Origin: an uncultured Pirellulales bacterium
GTDB lineage: Bacteria; Planctomycetota; Phycisphaerae; Sedimentisphaerales; Anaerobacaceae
Direction of reading: 5' to 3'
Length of the DNA stretch: 64,000 nt
NCBI GenBank assembly: GCA_964415045.1
Contig: CAYPZL010000001.1
Coordinates: 14,210 to 78,209 of the forward strand
In this document: in pieces, positions 35,949 through 45,244 of the stretch
Position numbering within the stretch: the first letter of the stretch is position 1
How the letters are laid out: each line of letters starts with the position of its first letter
Notes under the pieces: model-generated
Database searches by the model: none
What the model saw: the letters and a program-made list of their open reading frames with translations, nothing else
What the model was told of the DNA's origin: nothing
Position numbers and translations under genes: made by a program

Positions 35949-37455
35949 ATGCGAATAAAGCCGGTCGTACGAGGAGTTTTGGCCGTTGTTTTGTTGGTGG
36001 GGGGCGGTCTTGTTGCGGGATATCTGCTCGCCCCTGCGGCCAGCGGCGAGGCGCAACAGGCTCACGGTCAACCTGAGGCCAACAAACCACAGAAGTGGTA
36101 TTTATTGTTCGATGCATCCGCAGATTATCCGGGATCAGTTCGGCAGATGCCCCCTTTGTGATATGGACTTGATTCCCATGCCGGAGAGCCTGGCTGTGGG
36201 AGGCGCGGCCCGCGAACTGGCGGTCTCGGAGGCCGCGGCGAAACTCATGGAGATTCAGACCTCTCCGGTCCAGCGAAAATTCGTCAGCGCCGAGGTCAGG
36301 ATGGTCGGCAAAGTGCACTATGACGAGACGCGCGTCAAGCACATCACGGCCTGGGTGGGCGGCCGGCTGGACCGATTGTACGTGGATTTCACCGGCATCA
36401 GCGTCAGCGAAGGCGATCACTTAGTGTATCTGTACAGTCCGGAGCTCATCAGCGCGCAAGCGGAACTGCTGCAGGCCGCCCGCGCCGCGCGGAATGTAAC
36501 GGACAGCTCTTCGGAGTATCTGAACCGGTCAACCACGAACACTCTGGAGGCCGCCAGGGAGAAGCTGAGGTTGTTGGGTTTGAAGGCCGACCAGATCGAC
36601 GGCATCGAACGCTCGGGCCGGCCCCTGACGCACCTGACGATCTATTCCCCCATGGGCGGGGTGGTCATCGAGAAGATGGCCAGCGAAGGCATGTACGTAA
36701 GCACGGGCACCCACATCTATACTGTGGCGGACCTGTCGCAGGTCTGGGTCAAGCTCGATGTGTACGAATCCGATCTTCCGTGGATTCGGTACGGCCAGCC
36801 GGTGGAGTTTACCGCCGAGGCCTACCCCGGCGAGGTCTTCGAGGGATGGCTGAGCTTCATCGATCCGACGCTCGATGCGAAGACGCGGACGGTCAAGGTG
36901 CGGGTCAATGTCCCCAACCCCGACGGGCGGCTCAAGCCCGAGATGTTCGTGCGGGCCGTGGTGCGCTCGCAGGTCGCGCGGGGGGGCAAAGCAATGGACC
37001 CCAATATGGCGGGCAAGTGGATGTGTCCCATGCACCCGTCGGTGGTGAAAGCGGCGGCGGGTTCCTGCGATCTCTGCGGGATGGATCTGGTCGCGACCGA
37101 ATCGCTCGGCTACGTGGCCTCGGCGCCGGCCGGCGAACCGCCTCTGGTCATCCCCGCCTCGGCGCCCCTGATTACGGGCAAACGCGCGGTCGTGTACGTG
37201 CGAAAGCCGGAGGCGGAAATTCCCACGTTCGAGGGTCGGGAAGTGATCCTTGGTCCCAGGGCCGGCGCGTACTATCTGGTGGAATCCGGTTTGAAGGAGG
37301 GCGAAGAGGTGGTGACACACGGCGGCTTCAAGATTGACTCGGCCCTTCAGATCCAGGCCAAACCGAGTATGATGAGCCCGGGGGGCGGGGCCGCACCGGC
37401 TGGACATCAGCATGGAACGACCGACGCCGGCGGCGCGCAGCAGAACAATCACTGA
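35949..37455 (+). CDS. RND efflux periplasmic adaptor (CusB/CzcB-like) with two zinc-ribbon metal-binding inserts; apparent 1-nt frameshift near 36101-36103
   Basis: The TM anchor 'MRIKPVVRGVLAVVLLVGGGLVAGYLL' (frame of 35949) is out of frame with the body 'YCSMHPQIIRDQFGRCPLCDMDL...' (frame of 35986). Second insert: 'CPMHPSVVKAAAGSCDLCGMDL'. Confidence 0.75.
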
Positions 37456-37503
37456 CGTTTCTTGGGAATAGACGAACGTTTTCGATCTGGAAAGGAAAAC
37501 ACG

Positions 37504-37857
37504 ATGAACGGAAAAGGCAGGAATCTCAGCAAGGTGCTGGCAGCGGTGGCGCTGGTGCTGGCTACAGCGGTCGCACTCAGCGGTTGCGGCAAGGAAGAGC
37601 CGACCGCCGGACAAGCCACGCAGGCGCCGACGGGACAGCTCACGGCAGCCGCTCAGGAGGCGGCCGCGACGGTGCAGGAGAAGGCCGAAGAGGCTATCCT
37701 GCAGACCACCTGTCCCATCATGGGCGGTGCGATCAACAAGGCCATCTTTGTTGAATACAAAGGAAAGAAGGTCTATTTCTGCTGCAATGGCTGCGAGGTC
37801 GAGTTCAACAAGGACCCGGAGAAGTACGTGGCCAAGCTGCCGCAATTCCAGCCGTAA
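37504..37857 (+). CDS. YHS/TRASH-type metal-binding lipoprotein
   Basis: Lipobox 'ALSGC' and 'CPIMGGAINKAIFVEYKGKKVYFCCNGCEVEFNKDPEKY'. Confidence 0.7.
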   Translation: MNGKGRNLSKVLAAVALVLATAVALSGCGKEEPTAGQATQAPTGQLTAAAQEAAATVQEKAEEAILQTTCPIMGGAINKAIFVEYKGKKVYFCCNGCEVEFNKDPEKYVAKLPQFQP

Positions 37858-37868
37858 CGCGACACGCT

Positions 37869-40800
37869 GTGAGACGGGCATCGATGGACGAGCTGGGGCA
37901 AAATACTGACAAACGCGCCGGCGTTCTGGACCGGATCATCCGGTTCTGTCTCGAGAATAAGCTGGTGGTGGGCCTGGCGATTCTTCTGGTCGTGGGATCG
38001 GGCGTGATGGTCGCTCCCTTTGATTGGGACCTGGGCGGGCTGCCGCGCTTGCCGGTGCCCGTCGATGCGATCCCGGACCTCGGGGAGAACCAGCAGATCG
38101 TCTTTAGCGAGTGGATGGGGCGGTCCCCGCAGGATGTGGAGGACCAGATCACCTATCCGCTGACGGTCTCTCTGCTGGGTCTTCCCGGCGTCAGGACCAT
38201 TCGCAGCTATTCGTTCTTCGGCTTCTCCACCATCTACGTCATCTTCGACGAGGCTACCGAATTCTACTGGTCGCGCAGCCGCGTCCTGGAGAAGCTCAAC
38301 AGCCTGCCGGCCGGGACGTTGCCGGAAGGCGTACAGCCGGCCCTCGGTCCCGACGCGACCGCGTTGGGGCAGATCTTCTGGTACACACTGGAGGGACGCG
38401 ACCCCAATGGCAACCCTGCCGGCGGATGGGACCTCGACGAGCTGCGCAGCATACAGGATTGGTACGTGCGCTACGCCCTGATGGGCGCTAAGGGGATCAG
38501 CGAGGTTGCCTCGGTGGGCGGCTTTGTCCGGGAGTATCAAATCGACGTCGATCCGGACGCGATGCGCGCGTACGGAGTGGCTTTGGGTGACATATTCAAC
38601 GCGGTCAGATCGTCGAACATCGACGTGGGTGCCCGGACGATTGAAATCAACCAGGTTGAGTACATCATCCGGGGCCTCGGTTTCATCGAGAAGATCGAGG
38701 ACATCGAAAAGACGGTCATCAGGGTCAACGACAACGTCCCGATCACCGTGAAGGACGTGGCGAAGGTTTCGCACGGCCCGGCTCTGCGGCGCGGCGCACT
38801 GGACAAGAGCGGGGCCGAGGCGGTGGGGGGCGTTGTGGTCGTCCGTTACGGCTTCAATCCGTTGGAGGCAATCAACAACGTCAAGGCCAAGATCGTGGAG
38901 ATTTCGGCCGGCCTGCCGCAGAAGACCCTGGACGACGGGACCGTCTCAAAAGTCACTGTCGTGCCGTTCTACGATCGTACGGGGCTGATCTACGAGACGC
39001 TGGGCACGCTCAACGAGGCGCTGACCGAGGAAATTCTCGTTACGATTATCGTTGTGATCGTGATGGTGCTGCACCTGCGCAGTTCCGTGCTCATCAGCGG
39101 TTTGCTGCCGCTGGCGATTCTCATGTGTTTCATTGCGATGAGAGTCTTCGGCATCGACGCCAACATCGTGGCGCTCTCGGGCATCGCCATTGCCATCGGT
39201 ACGATGGTGGATATGGGGATCGTCGTCTGCGAGAACATCCTGCGGCACCTGGGCGAAGCCCGCGAGGACGAGAATACGCTGGATGTCGTCCATCGTGCCG
39301 CTTCCGAGGTCGGAGGGGCGATTTTGACGGCGGTCGCCACGACCGTGGTCAGCTTCCTTCCGGTCTTCACGATGAGCGGCGCCGAGGGTAAGCTCTTCAA
39401 GCCGCTGGCCTACACCAAGACGTTCGCGCTGCTGGCCTCTATCGTCGTCGCGTTGACGATCATTCCGCCGGCGGCTCACGTCCTGTTCACGCGGCGGTTT
39501 TCCGCAGGCGCAATCAGGCGTTACGTGTTGGGCACGTTGCTGCTCGCCCTGGCCGTTGTCAGTGGGATTCTGTTAGCGTGGTGGGTCGGGCTCATCGTGG
39601 GCGCCATCGGCCTGTACCACCTGTTGCGCGAGAGATTGCCGCGAAGGCTTCACGGCTGGCTGCCGATTGCCGCCAACATTCTCGCGGTGGTGTGCGTCGG
39701 TGTCATCCTCACCGGACACTGGCTGCCCCTGGGCCCCGGCAAAGGGCTCGTCCGCAATCTCGTCTTCGTCGGTCTGCTCATCGGTCTGCTGCTGTTGTTC
39801 TTCCGGGTGTTTCAACTCTTCTACGCGCGCATCCTCGGCTGGTGCCTCGACCACAAGGTGGCCTTTCTTTCGCTGCCGACGGCTCTGTTGATCCTGGCGG
39901 GGATGATCTGGCTGGGCGCGGCGCGGGTGTTCTTCTTCGTGCCGGAGGCTCTGCGGACCAGCCGCGCCTGGACGGCGGCCGAACGGGCGTTTCCGGGCCT
40001 GGGCAAGGAGTTCATGCCGCCGCTGGATGAAGGGTCGTTTCTGTACATGCCGACGACCATGCCCCACGCCTCGATCGGCGAGGCGCTCGATGTGCTGCGG
40101 AAACAGGACATGGCCTTCCAGGCGATTCCGGAGATCGAGTCGGTGGTGGGCAAGATCGGCCGCGTCGATTCGCCGCTCGATCCGGCGCCGGTGTCGATGG
40201 TCGAGACGGTGATCAACTATAAGTCGGAGTACGTCACTGACAAGGACGGGCATCGGCTGCGTTTCAAGTACGATCGAACGCAAGGGCAGTTTGTCCGCGA
40301 CGAGGACGGAAACCTGATCCCGGATGAGGGCGGACGGCCTTACCGGCAGTGGCGCGACCACATCCACAGCCCCGACGATATCTGGGACGAGATCGTCCGG
40401 GCCGGCGAGATTCCCGGGACGACCAGCGCCCCGAAACTCCAACCTATCGCCGCGCGGCTCGTGATGCTGCAAAGCGGCATGCGCGCCCCGATGGGCGTCA
40501 AAGTGCGCGGACCCGACCTGGAAACCATCGAGGCGGTCGCGCTGGATATCGAGCGCTTCCTGAAGGAGGTGCCGGGGGTCGCGCCCGGCGCGGTAATCGC
40601 CGACCGGATCGTGGGCAAGCCGTATCTCGAGATCGACATCGACCGCGAAGCGATCGCGCGGTACGGTATCAGTATCCGCCAGGTCCAGGACGTCATCGAA
40701 GTGGCGATCGGGGGACGCCGCGTCACGACGACCGTCGAGGGACGCCAACGCTACCACGTGCGGGTCCGTTACCTGCGCGAGTTGCGCGACGACATCGAGA

Positions 40801-41669
40801 GCCTGGAGAAGATCCTGGTCCCGGCCGTCGGCGGCGCCCAGATTCCCCTGATCCAGCTCGCCGAGATTCGCTACGTGCGCGGGCCCCAGGCCATCAAGAG
40901 CGAGGACACGTTCCTCACCGGCTACGTGGTTTTCGACAAGCAGGAAGGCTATGCCGAGGTCGATGTGGTCCAGCGGTGCCGGGCGTATCTGCAGGAGAAG
41001 ATCGACGCCGGCGAGTTCGTCCTGCCCAAAGGGGTCAATTACACGTTTGCCGGAACCTACGAGAATCAGATCCGCGCGCAGAAAACGCTGACGGTGGTCG
41101 TGCCGCTGGCGCTGTTTATCATCTTCATCATTTTGTACCTGCAGTTTCGCTCGGTCTCGACGACGACGCTCGTTTTCTCGGGCATCGCGGTGGCGTGGGC
41201 GGGGGGCTTCCTTCTGATCTGGTTTTACGGCCGGCCCTGGTTCCTGGATTTCCATCTCTTCGGCGTCAATATGAGGCAGTTGTTCCAGGTCCAGCCGATC
41301 AACCTGAGCGTGGCGATCTGGGTCGGGTTCCTCGCGCTGTTCGGCATCGCCTCGGATGACGGCGTGGTGATGAGCACGTACCTGGAGCAGTCGTTTCGCC
41401 GGCGGTCCACGCGCACCCGACAGGAGATCCGGCGGGCCGTGATCGAGGCGGGCTCGCGCCGTGTCCGCCCCTGCCTGATGACCACCGCCACGACGATCCT
41501 GGCGTTGATTCCCATCCTGACCTCCACCGGGCGGGGCTCCGACATCATGGTCCCCATGGCCATCCCGTCGGTCGGCGGCATGACCATCGAGATCCTCACC
41601 ATGCTCGTCGTCCCCGTCCTCTACTGCTGGGTCCGGGAAACCAGACTACACGCCGCTCGGAAGGGCTGA
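37869..41669 (+). CDS. CusA/CzcA-family heavy-metal efflux RND permease
   Basis: 1266 aa with a 12-TM RND pattern ('VLDRIIRFCLENKLVV' N-terminus). ATG at 37884 is an alternative start. Confidence 0.9.
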   Translation: MRRASMDELGQNTDKRAGVLDRIIRFCLENKLVVGLAILLVVGSGVMVAPFDWDLGGLPRLPVPVDAIPDLGENQQIVFSEWMGRSPQDVEDQITYPLTVSLLGLPGVRTIRSYSFFGFSTIYVIFDEATEFYWSRSRVLEKLNSLPAGTLPEGVQPALGPDATALGQIFWYTLEGRDPNGNPAGGWDLDELRSIQDWYVRYALMGAKGISEVASVGGFVREYQIDVDPDAMRAYGVALGDIFNAVRSSNIDVGARTIEINQVEYIIRGLGFIEKIEDIEKTVIRVNDNVPITVKDVAKVSHGPALRRGALDKSGAEAVGGVVVVRYGFNPLEAINNVKAKIVEISAGLPQKTLDDGTVSKVTVVPFYDRTGLIYETLGTLNEALTEEILVTIIVVIVMVLHLRSSVLISGLLPLAILMCFIAMRVFGIDANIVALSGIAIAIGTMVDMGIVVCENILRHLGEAREDENTLDVVHRAASEVGGAILTAVATTVVSFLPVFTMSGAEGKLFKPLAYTKTFALLASIVVALTIIPPAAHVLFTRRFSAGAIRRYVLGTLLLALAVVSGILLAWWVGLIVGAIGLYHLLRERLPRRLHGWLPIAANILAVVCVGVILTGHWLPLGPGKGLVRNLVFVGLLIGLLLLFFRVFQLFYARILGWCLDHKVAFLSLPTALLILAGMIWLGAARVFFFVPEALRTSRAWTAAERAFPGLGKEFMPPLDEGSFLYMPTTMPHASIGEALDVLRKQDMAFQAIPEIESVVGKIGRVDSPLDPAPVSMVETVINYKSEYVTDKDGHRLRFKYDRTQGQFVRDEDGNLIPDEGGRPYRQWRDHIHSPDDIWDEIVRAGEIPGTTSAPKLQPIAARLVMLQSGMRAPMGVKVRGPDLETIEAVALDIERFLKEVPGVAPGAVIADRIVGKPYLEIDIDREAIARYGISIRQVQDVIEVAIGGRRVTTTVEGRQRYHVRVRYLRELRDDIESLEKILVPAVGGAQIPLIQLAEIRYVRGPQAIKSEDTFLTGYVVFDKQEGYAEVDVVQRCRAYLQEKIDAGEFVLPKGVNYTFAGTYENQIRAQKTLTVVVPLALFIIFIILYLQFRSVSTTTLVFSGIAVAWAGGFLLIWFYGRPWFLDFHLFGVNMRQLFQVQPINLSVAIWVGFLALFGIASDDGVVMSTYLEQSFRRRSTRTRQEIRRAVIEAGSRRVRPCLMTTATTILALIPILTSTGRGSDIMVPMAIPSVGGMTIEILTMLVVPVLYCWVRETRLHAARKG

Positions 41670-41674
41670 TCATC

Positions 41675-43768
41675 TCATGGCGTCTCCTGCACCGGCCAGA
41701 AGACCTGGTCTCCGCCTTCTTCGCCTCGTCCCCACTTGCTCGGCGTTCCTCCGTCGTCGTCGAAATCGGCGCCGAGACTGTAGAGAAGGAAATCGCCGTT
41801 CGTTCGTCGGTAGAGGAGTGAGCTGTCTGAATAGGGATCGCGGGGCACTCGCGCCAGGTAGCCGGCTTCCACGAGTGCGTCAAGCGATTCGGGATATTCG
41901 CCATGTTCCCTGGCATACCGTTGGGTGGCAAGCGTCGCCACCAGTGCTTCCGTGTCCGCCTTGGCGCGCCAGGGCAGTTCCATCGCTCGGATGCAGGGCC
42001 GGCCCAGGAAATCCACGAACGCGTTTTCCTGCATGAGGTTTGCCAGGATGAGGCGGACACCATTGGGTTCGTTCTGAAACTCCCAGGGTGTTTTGCCCGC
42101 CGCGTTTTGAATGTGCTCAAGGAACGCTTCCACGCATCGGGTAGTCTCTCGCCGGCTCAGCTTGCGGAAGGCTTCTTTCTCTTTATCGCTCGATCCGGGC
42201 ACCGATCGGCTGGGATCAGCAAGCCAATCCCATCGTTGGACCAGTAGCTTGGGGATGTGGCCTTCCCCGTCTCCTTCGTCGGTGAACATCCGCTGAATGA
42301 AATCCAGCCACACAAGACGCTCAAGGGCGAAGTCCATCCCGCAGTCATCATCGCCGACGTGCTCCTCGAATTGCCTCTGAAGGCGGCGCAGGACCTCCGG
42401 TGACAAAGACTGATGAATCAGCATCCCGCGTGTGACATCGATGGCCAGGGAACGAATTGACAACCCGACAAGTTGATGCACAAGTGACTTTCTTTGTTCG
42501 AAGTGCCTGGCGAATCGACACATTGCCTCAATATCAGAAAGCACCTGTGCCAGATCGCCTTCAAGTACATGCAGCTTGAGGCGCGCATCCAGTGCGAAGG
42601 CCAGAGTTCTTACACCATCGAGTTCCGGAATGGCCTCGTTTGCTGTGTCGGTGCCTTGGTAGAGAAGGCAGTAGTATGGTTTTTTCGTGCCCGATGTGAG
42701 ATGCTCCAGGGCTTTCTTGTTGGCTGTGACCCACTCGCGGATATCTTCGCGTGTTTCGTCGGACCACTCGGTGGGATAGCGCTTGCGGGCGTTGCCCAGT
42801 CCGGGCGGCATCTCGACGGCCAGGCGCATGGCCTTTTCATACTCGTACCGCGCATCGTGGGCGGGGTTATAACCGTGCGGCCGGGCCAACTCCGCCATCT
42901 GGGCAACGTAGTCGGTGGTCACCTTCACTCGCGTGCAGTCAAGCCAATCGGGCCAGCGGACGGCGCAGTATATGGAGTTGAGACACATGTGGGCCAGGAT
43001 GACAGGGATCAGTGTCCTGCGTCGCCACCGCCAGAGACCGTTGACCAAACCAAGTGCAAATACCGGGGCGAATCCGCTCAGCGGGCGGAAGTGAAGTGCA
43101 GCAAAGACAAAGGCCTGTATCACGCAGGCCGCAAAGCCCCCTGTCACACGCTCAATGGTTCTCTGGACGTAACCCCGCCAGAAGAGTTCCTCAATGATCG
43201 GCGCGTGAAGGACTGCAATCACGCAGAAAGTTGCGAAGAATGCGAGGGGCAGTCCGTCGGCCCAGAACCGTAGCGGCACTGGTGTACCGATCTGCTTCAT
43301 CAGCCAATTTGTTGTTCCCGCCGCTGCCAGTACAGTGACAATCAGGATGCAGGTCCACTTTGCCTCCGAACGTCGGTGCTGCCACCACACCATGTCCAGG
43401 TCGCCGGTAACGCCTGCGCGAGCGGCCAGGAGCACGGTTGTCAACATAACTGCCAACGACAGCGCCGGCCACACCAACTGGGTCAGGAGGGGGCTCTTGC
43501 TGATCCCCTCTGCGGTATACAGATTCGCTCGCAGCGCCAAACCAAGGATTGTGAGGGTGAGGATGGACGCTGCCAGCACGACCATGGCGCGCAGGCGACT
43601 GGGGCGGCTGGATACACTCGTTTGTGTTTCGTTGATCCCGTTGGACACAGTGGCGCCTCCGCTCTCGGCGTCAACACGTTGTCTGATCCACACGGTGCCA
43701 TTATAGGGTGGCGCGCTGCCTGCGGCAAGCAATTTGCGCACGGCGCGTGGTGCCTTACGGCTCTGCAT
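41675..43768 (-). CDS. CPBP-family intramembrane glutamic endopeptidase fused to a ~430-aa extracytoplasmic domain
   Basis: CPBP motifs 'EELFWRGY', 'FAALH', 'ILAHMCLN'. The C-terminal tail 'YPESLDALVEAGYL...PRDPYS' is GspG-like. Confidence 0.75.
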   Translation of the reverse strand: MQSRKAPRAVRKLLAAGSAPPYNGTVWIRQRVDAESGGATVSNGINETQTSVSSRPSRLRAMVVLAASILTLTILGLALRANLYTAEGISKSPLLTQLVWPALSLAVMLTTVLLAARAGVTGDLDMVWWQHRRSEAKWTCILIVTVLAAAGTTNWLMKQIGTPVPLRFWADGLPLAFFATFCVIAVLHAPIIEELFWRGYVQRTIERVTGGFAACVIQAFVFAALHFRPLSGFAPVFALGLVNGLWRWRRRTLIPVILAHMCLNSIYCAVRWPDWLDCTRVKVTTDYVAQMAELARPHGYNPAHDARYEYEKAMRLAVEMPPGLGNARKRYPTEWSDETREDIREWVTANKKALEHLTSGTKKPYYCLLYQGTDTANEAIPELDGVRTLAFALDARLKLHVLEGDLAQVLSDIEAMCRFARHFEQRKSLVHQLVGLSIRSLAIDVTRGMLIHQSLSPEVLRRLQRQFEEHVGDDDCGMDFALERLVWLDFIQRMFTDEGDGEGHIPKLLVQRWDWLADPSRSVPGSSDKEKEAFRKLSRRETTRCVEAFLEHIQNAAGKTPWEFQNEPNGVRLILANLMQENAFVDFLGRPCIRAMELPWRAKADTEALVATLATQRYAREHGEYPESLDALVEAGYLARVPRDPYSDSSLLYRRTNGDFLLYSLGADFDDDGGTPSKWGRGEEGGDQVFWPVQETP

Positions 43769-43800
43769 CCTTCCAGGGTGCTATGGAATCTACTGCTGCT

Positions 43801-44802
43801 CTAGTCGAGTCGTTGGGCGACTTCGTTGTAGATGAGTTGTTTGGCGTTTTCGATGGGGCCGGGGAGGAAGGTTCCGGCGGCCATTTTGTGTCCACCGCCG
43901 CCGAATTTGGTGGCGATCTCGCTGACGTCGATCGCGCCGCGGCTGCGCAGCGAGCAGCGGATGCGCCCGTCCTTGAGCTCCACGAACAGCGACGAGACCT
44001 TCACCGAGGCGATGCGGTGACATTCATTGATCAGGTTCTCGGTGTCCGGGTAATCCGCGCCGGTGCGCTCGAAGTCTTCCTGGAGGATGTACTGCGAGGC
44101 GTACCGCTCGTCGAGCTGGAGCTCGAGCCGCTCGAGCATGCGCAGCATCAGCTTGAAGCGTGACGCGGAGAAATTCTGGTATAGCTCGTCATAGACCTTC
44201 GTGGGATTGACGCCCCGGTCGATCAGATCGGCACAACTGCGGTAGGCGCGACTGCTGGTGTTGTTGAACTGGAACCACCCGGTGTCGGTGGCGATGGCTA
44301 CGAACAGGGCCTCGGCGATCTGGGGTGTGATGGTCCAGCCGGTGTGCTTGAGGAAATCGAGCAGGACCAGGCCGGCGGCAGCGGCCGTCGAGTCCGTGAT
44401 TTCCACCTGCCCCAATCCGTCGGAGGTGACGTGATGGTCGAACACCAGCACGGGCGTCTCGGCCTGCTTGAGGTATTCCTCAAAGCGGGGCAACTGGCTG
44501 ACGCTGTTGGTATCGACGATGATGATGAGATCGACCTGACCGAACGCGCCGCTCGTGAGGTCCTCGACCTGTACGTTGTGGCCGAGGACCGGGACGGGCT
44601 CGTCGAACAGGAAGCCGTACCACTGCGGCATGGGAGAAAGCAGCAGCGGCCGGGCGGTTTTGCCCAGGTTTCTCAAGATCGCGGAGATCACGGCGATGCA
44701 CCCGCAGGCGTCGCCGTCCGGTTTCATGTGGGTGGTGATTAAAACGTTGTTGGCATTCTCAATCAGCGCAATCGCTTGCGTATATGCTTGCTCTTGTGTC
44801 AT
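43801..44802 (-). CDS. nrnA: DHH-family bifunctional oligoribonuclease / pAp phosphatase
   Basis: 'THMKPDGDACG', 'FDHH', and DHHA1 motif 'GGGGHKMAAG'. Confidence 0.85.
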   Translation of the reverse strand: MTQEQAYTQAIALIENANNVLITTHMKPDGDACGCIAVISAILRNLGKTARPLLLSPMPQWYGFLFDEPVPVLGHNVQVEDLTSGAFGQVDLIIIVDTNSVSQLPRFEEYLKQAETPVLVFDHHVTSDGLGQVEITDSTAAAAGLVLLDFLKHTGWTITPQIAEALFVAIATDTGWFQFNNTSSRAYRSCADLIDRGVNPTKVYDELYQNFSASRFKLMLRMLERLELQLDERYASQYILQEDFERTGADYPDTENLINECHRIASVKVSSLFVELKDGRIRCSLRSRGAIDVSEIATKFGGGGHKMAAGTFLPGPIENAKQLIYNEVAQRLD

Positions 44803-44976
44803 GCGTATCCTTCACGTGTCAAAGCAATGAAATCCTGCCGGCCGGAGGAGCCGGGAGGATATACGGAAGGGGTAGATTATAGAGGTTCCTCCGCCCAGTG
44901 CAAGCGCCGGTGTGGGCCGAATTGCATGTGCGGAAAGGATGTCTGCGCCGACGATTCCCGGGGCGCGGTCCCCCGA

Positions 44977-45243
44977 TCAGTCGTGCTCGAAGATCATTTT
45001 CTGCACGTCCACGCCCTCCACGGCTTCGAGCTTCTCGATCAGTTCGAAAATCGGCTTCTCATCGCCGGCCAGCTCGAGCAGGACCAGTCCGTTGGGCGAG
45101 CAGAAACTCTCCGAGACGGCGTGCAGCCCGATCCGGGTCTTGATGCTGCAGCCGTACTCGGTGAGCAAGTCCTGCACCTCACGGGCATGATGCACGCGGT
45201 CGGTGATATGAACGCCTATCACGATATGTCTTGGCTCAGCCAT
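44977..45243 (-). CDS. small ACT-like protein (TM1266-like pattern)
   Basis: 88 aa. Start is 1 nt after the ribF stop. 'IVIGVHITDR...VQDLLTEYGCSIKTRIGLH...LVLLELAGD...VEGVDVQKM'. Confidence 0.5.
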   Translation of the reverse strand: MAEPRHIVIGVHITDRVHHAREVQDLLTEYGCSIKTRIGLHAVSESFCSPNGLVLLELAGDEKPIFELIEKLEAVEGVDVQKMIFEHD

Positions 45244-45244
45244 C

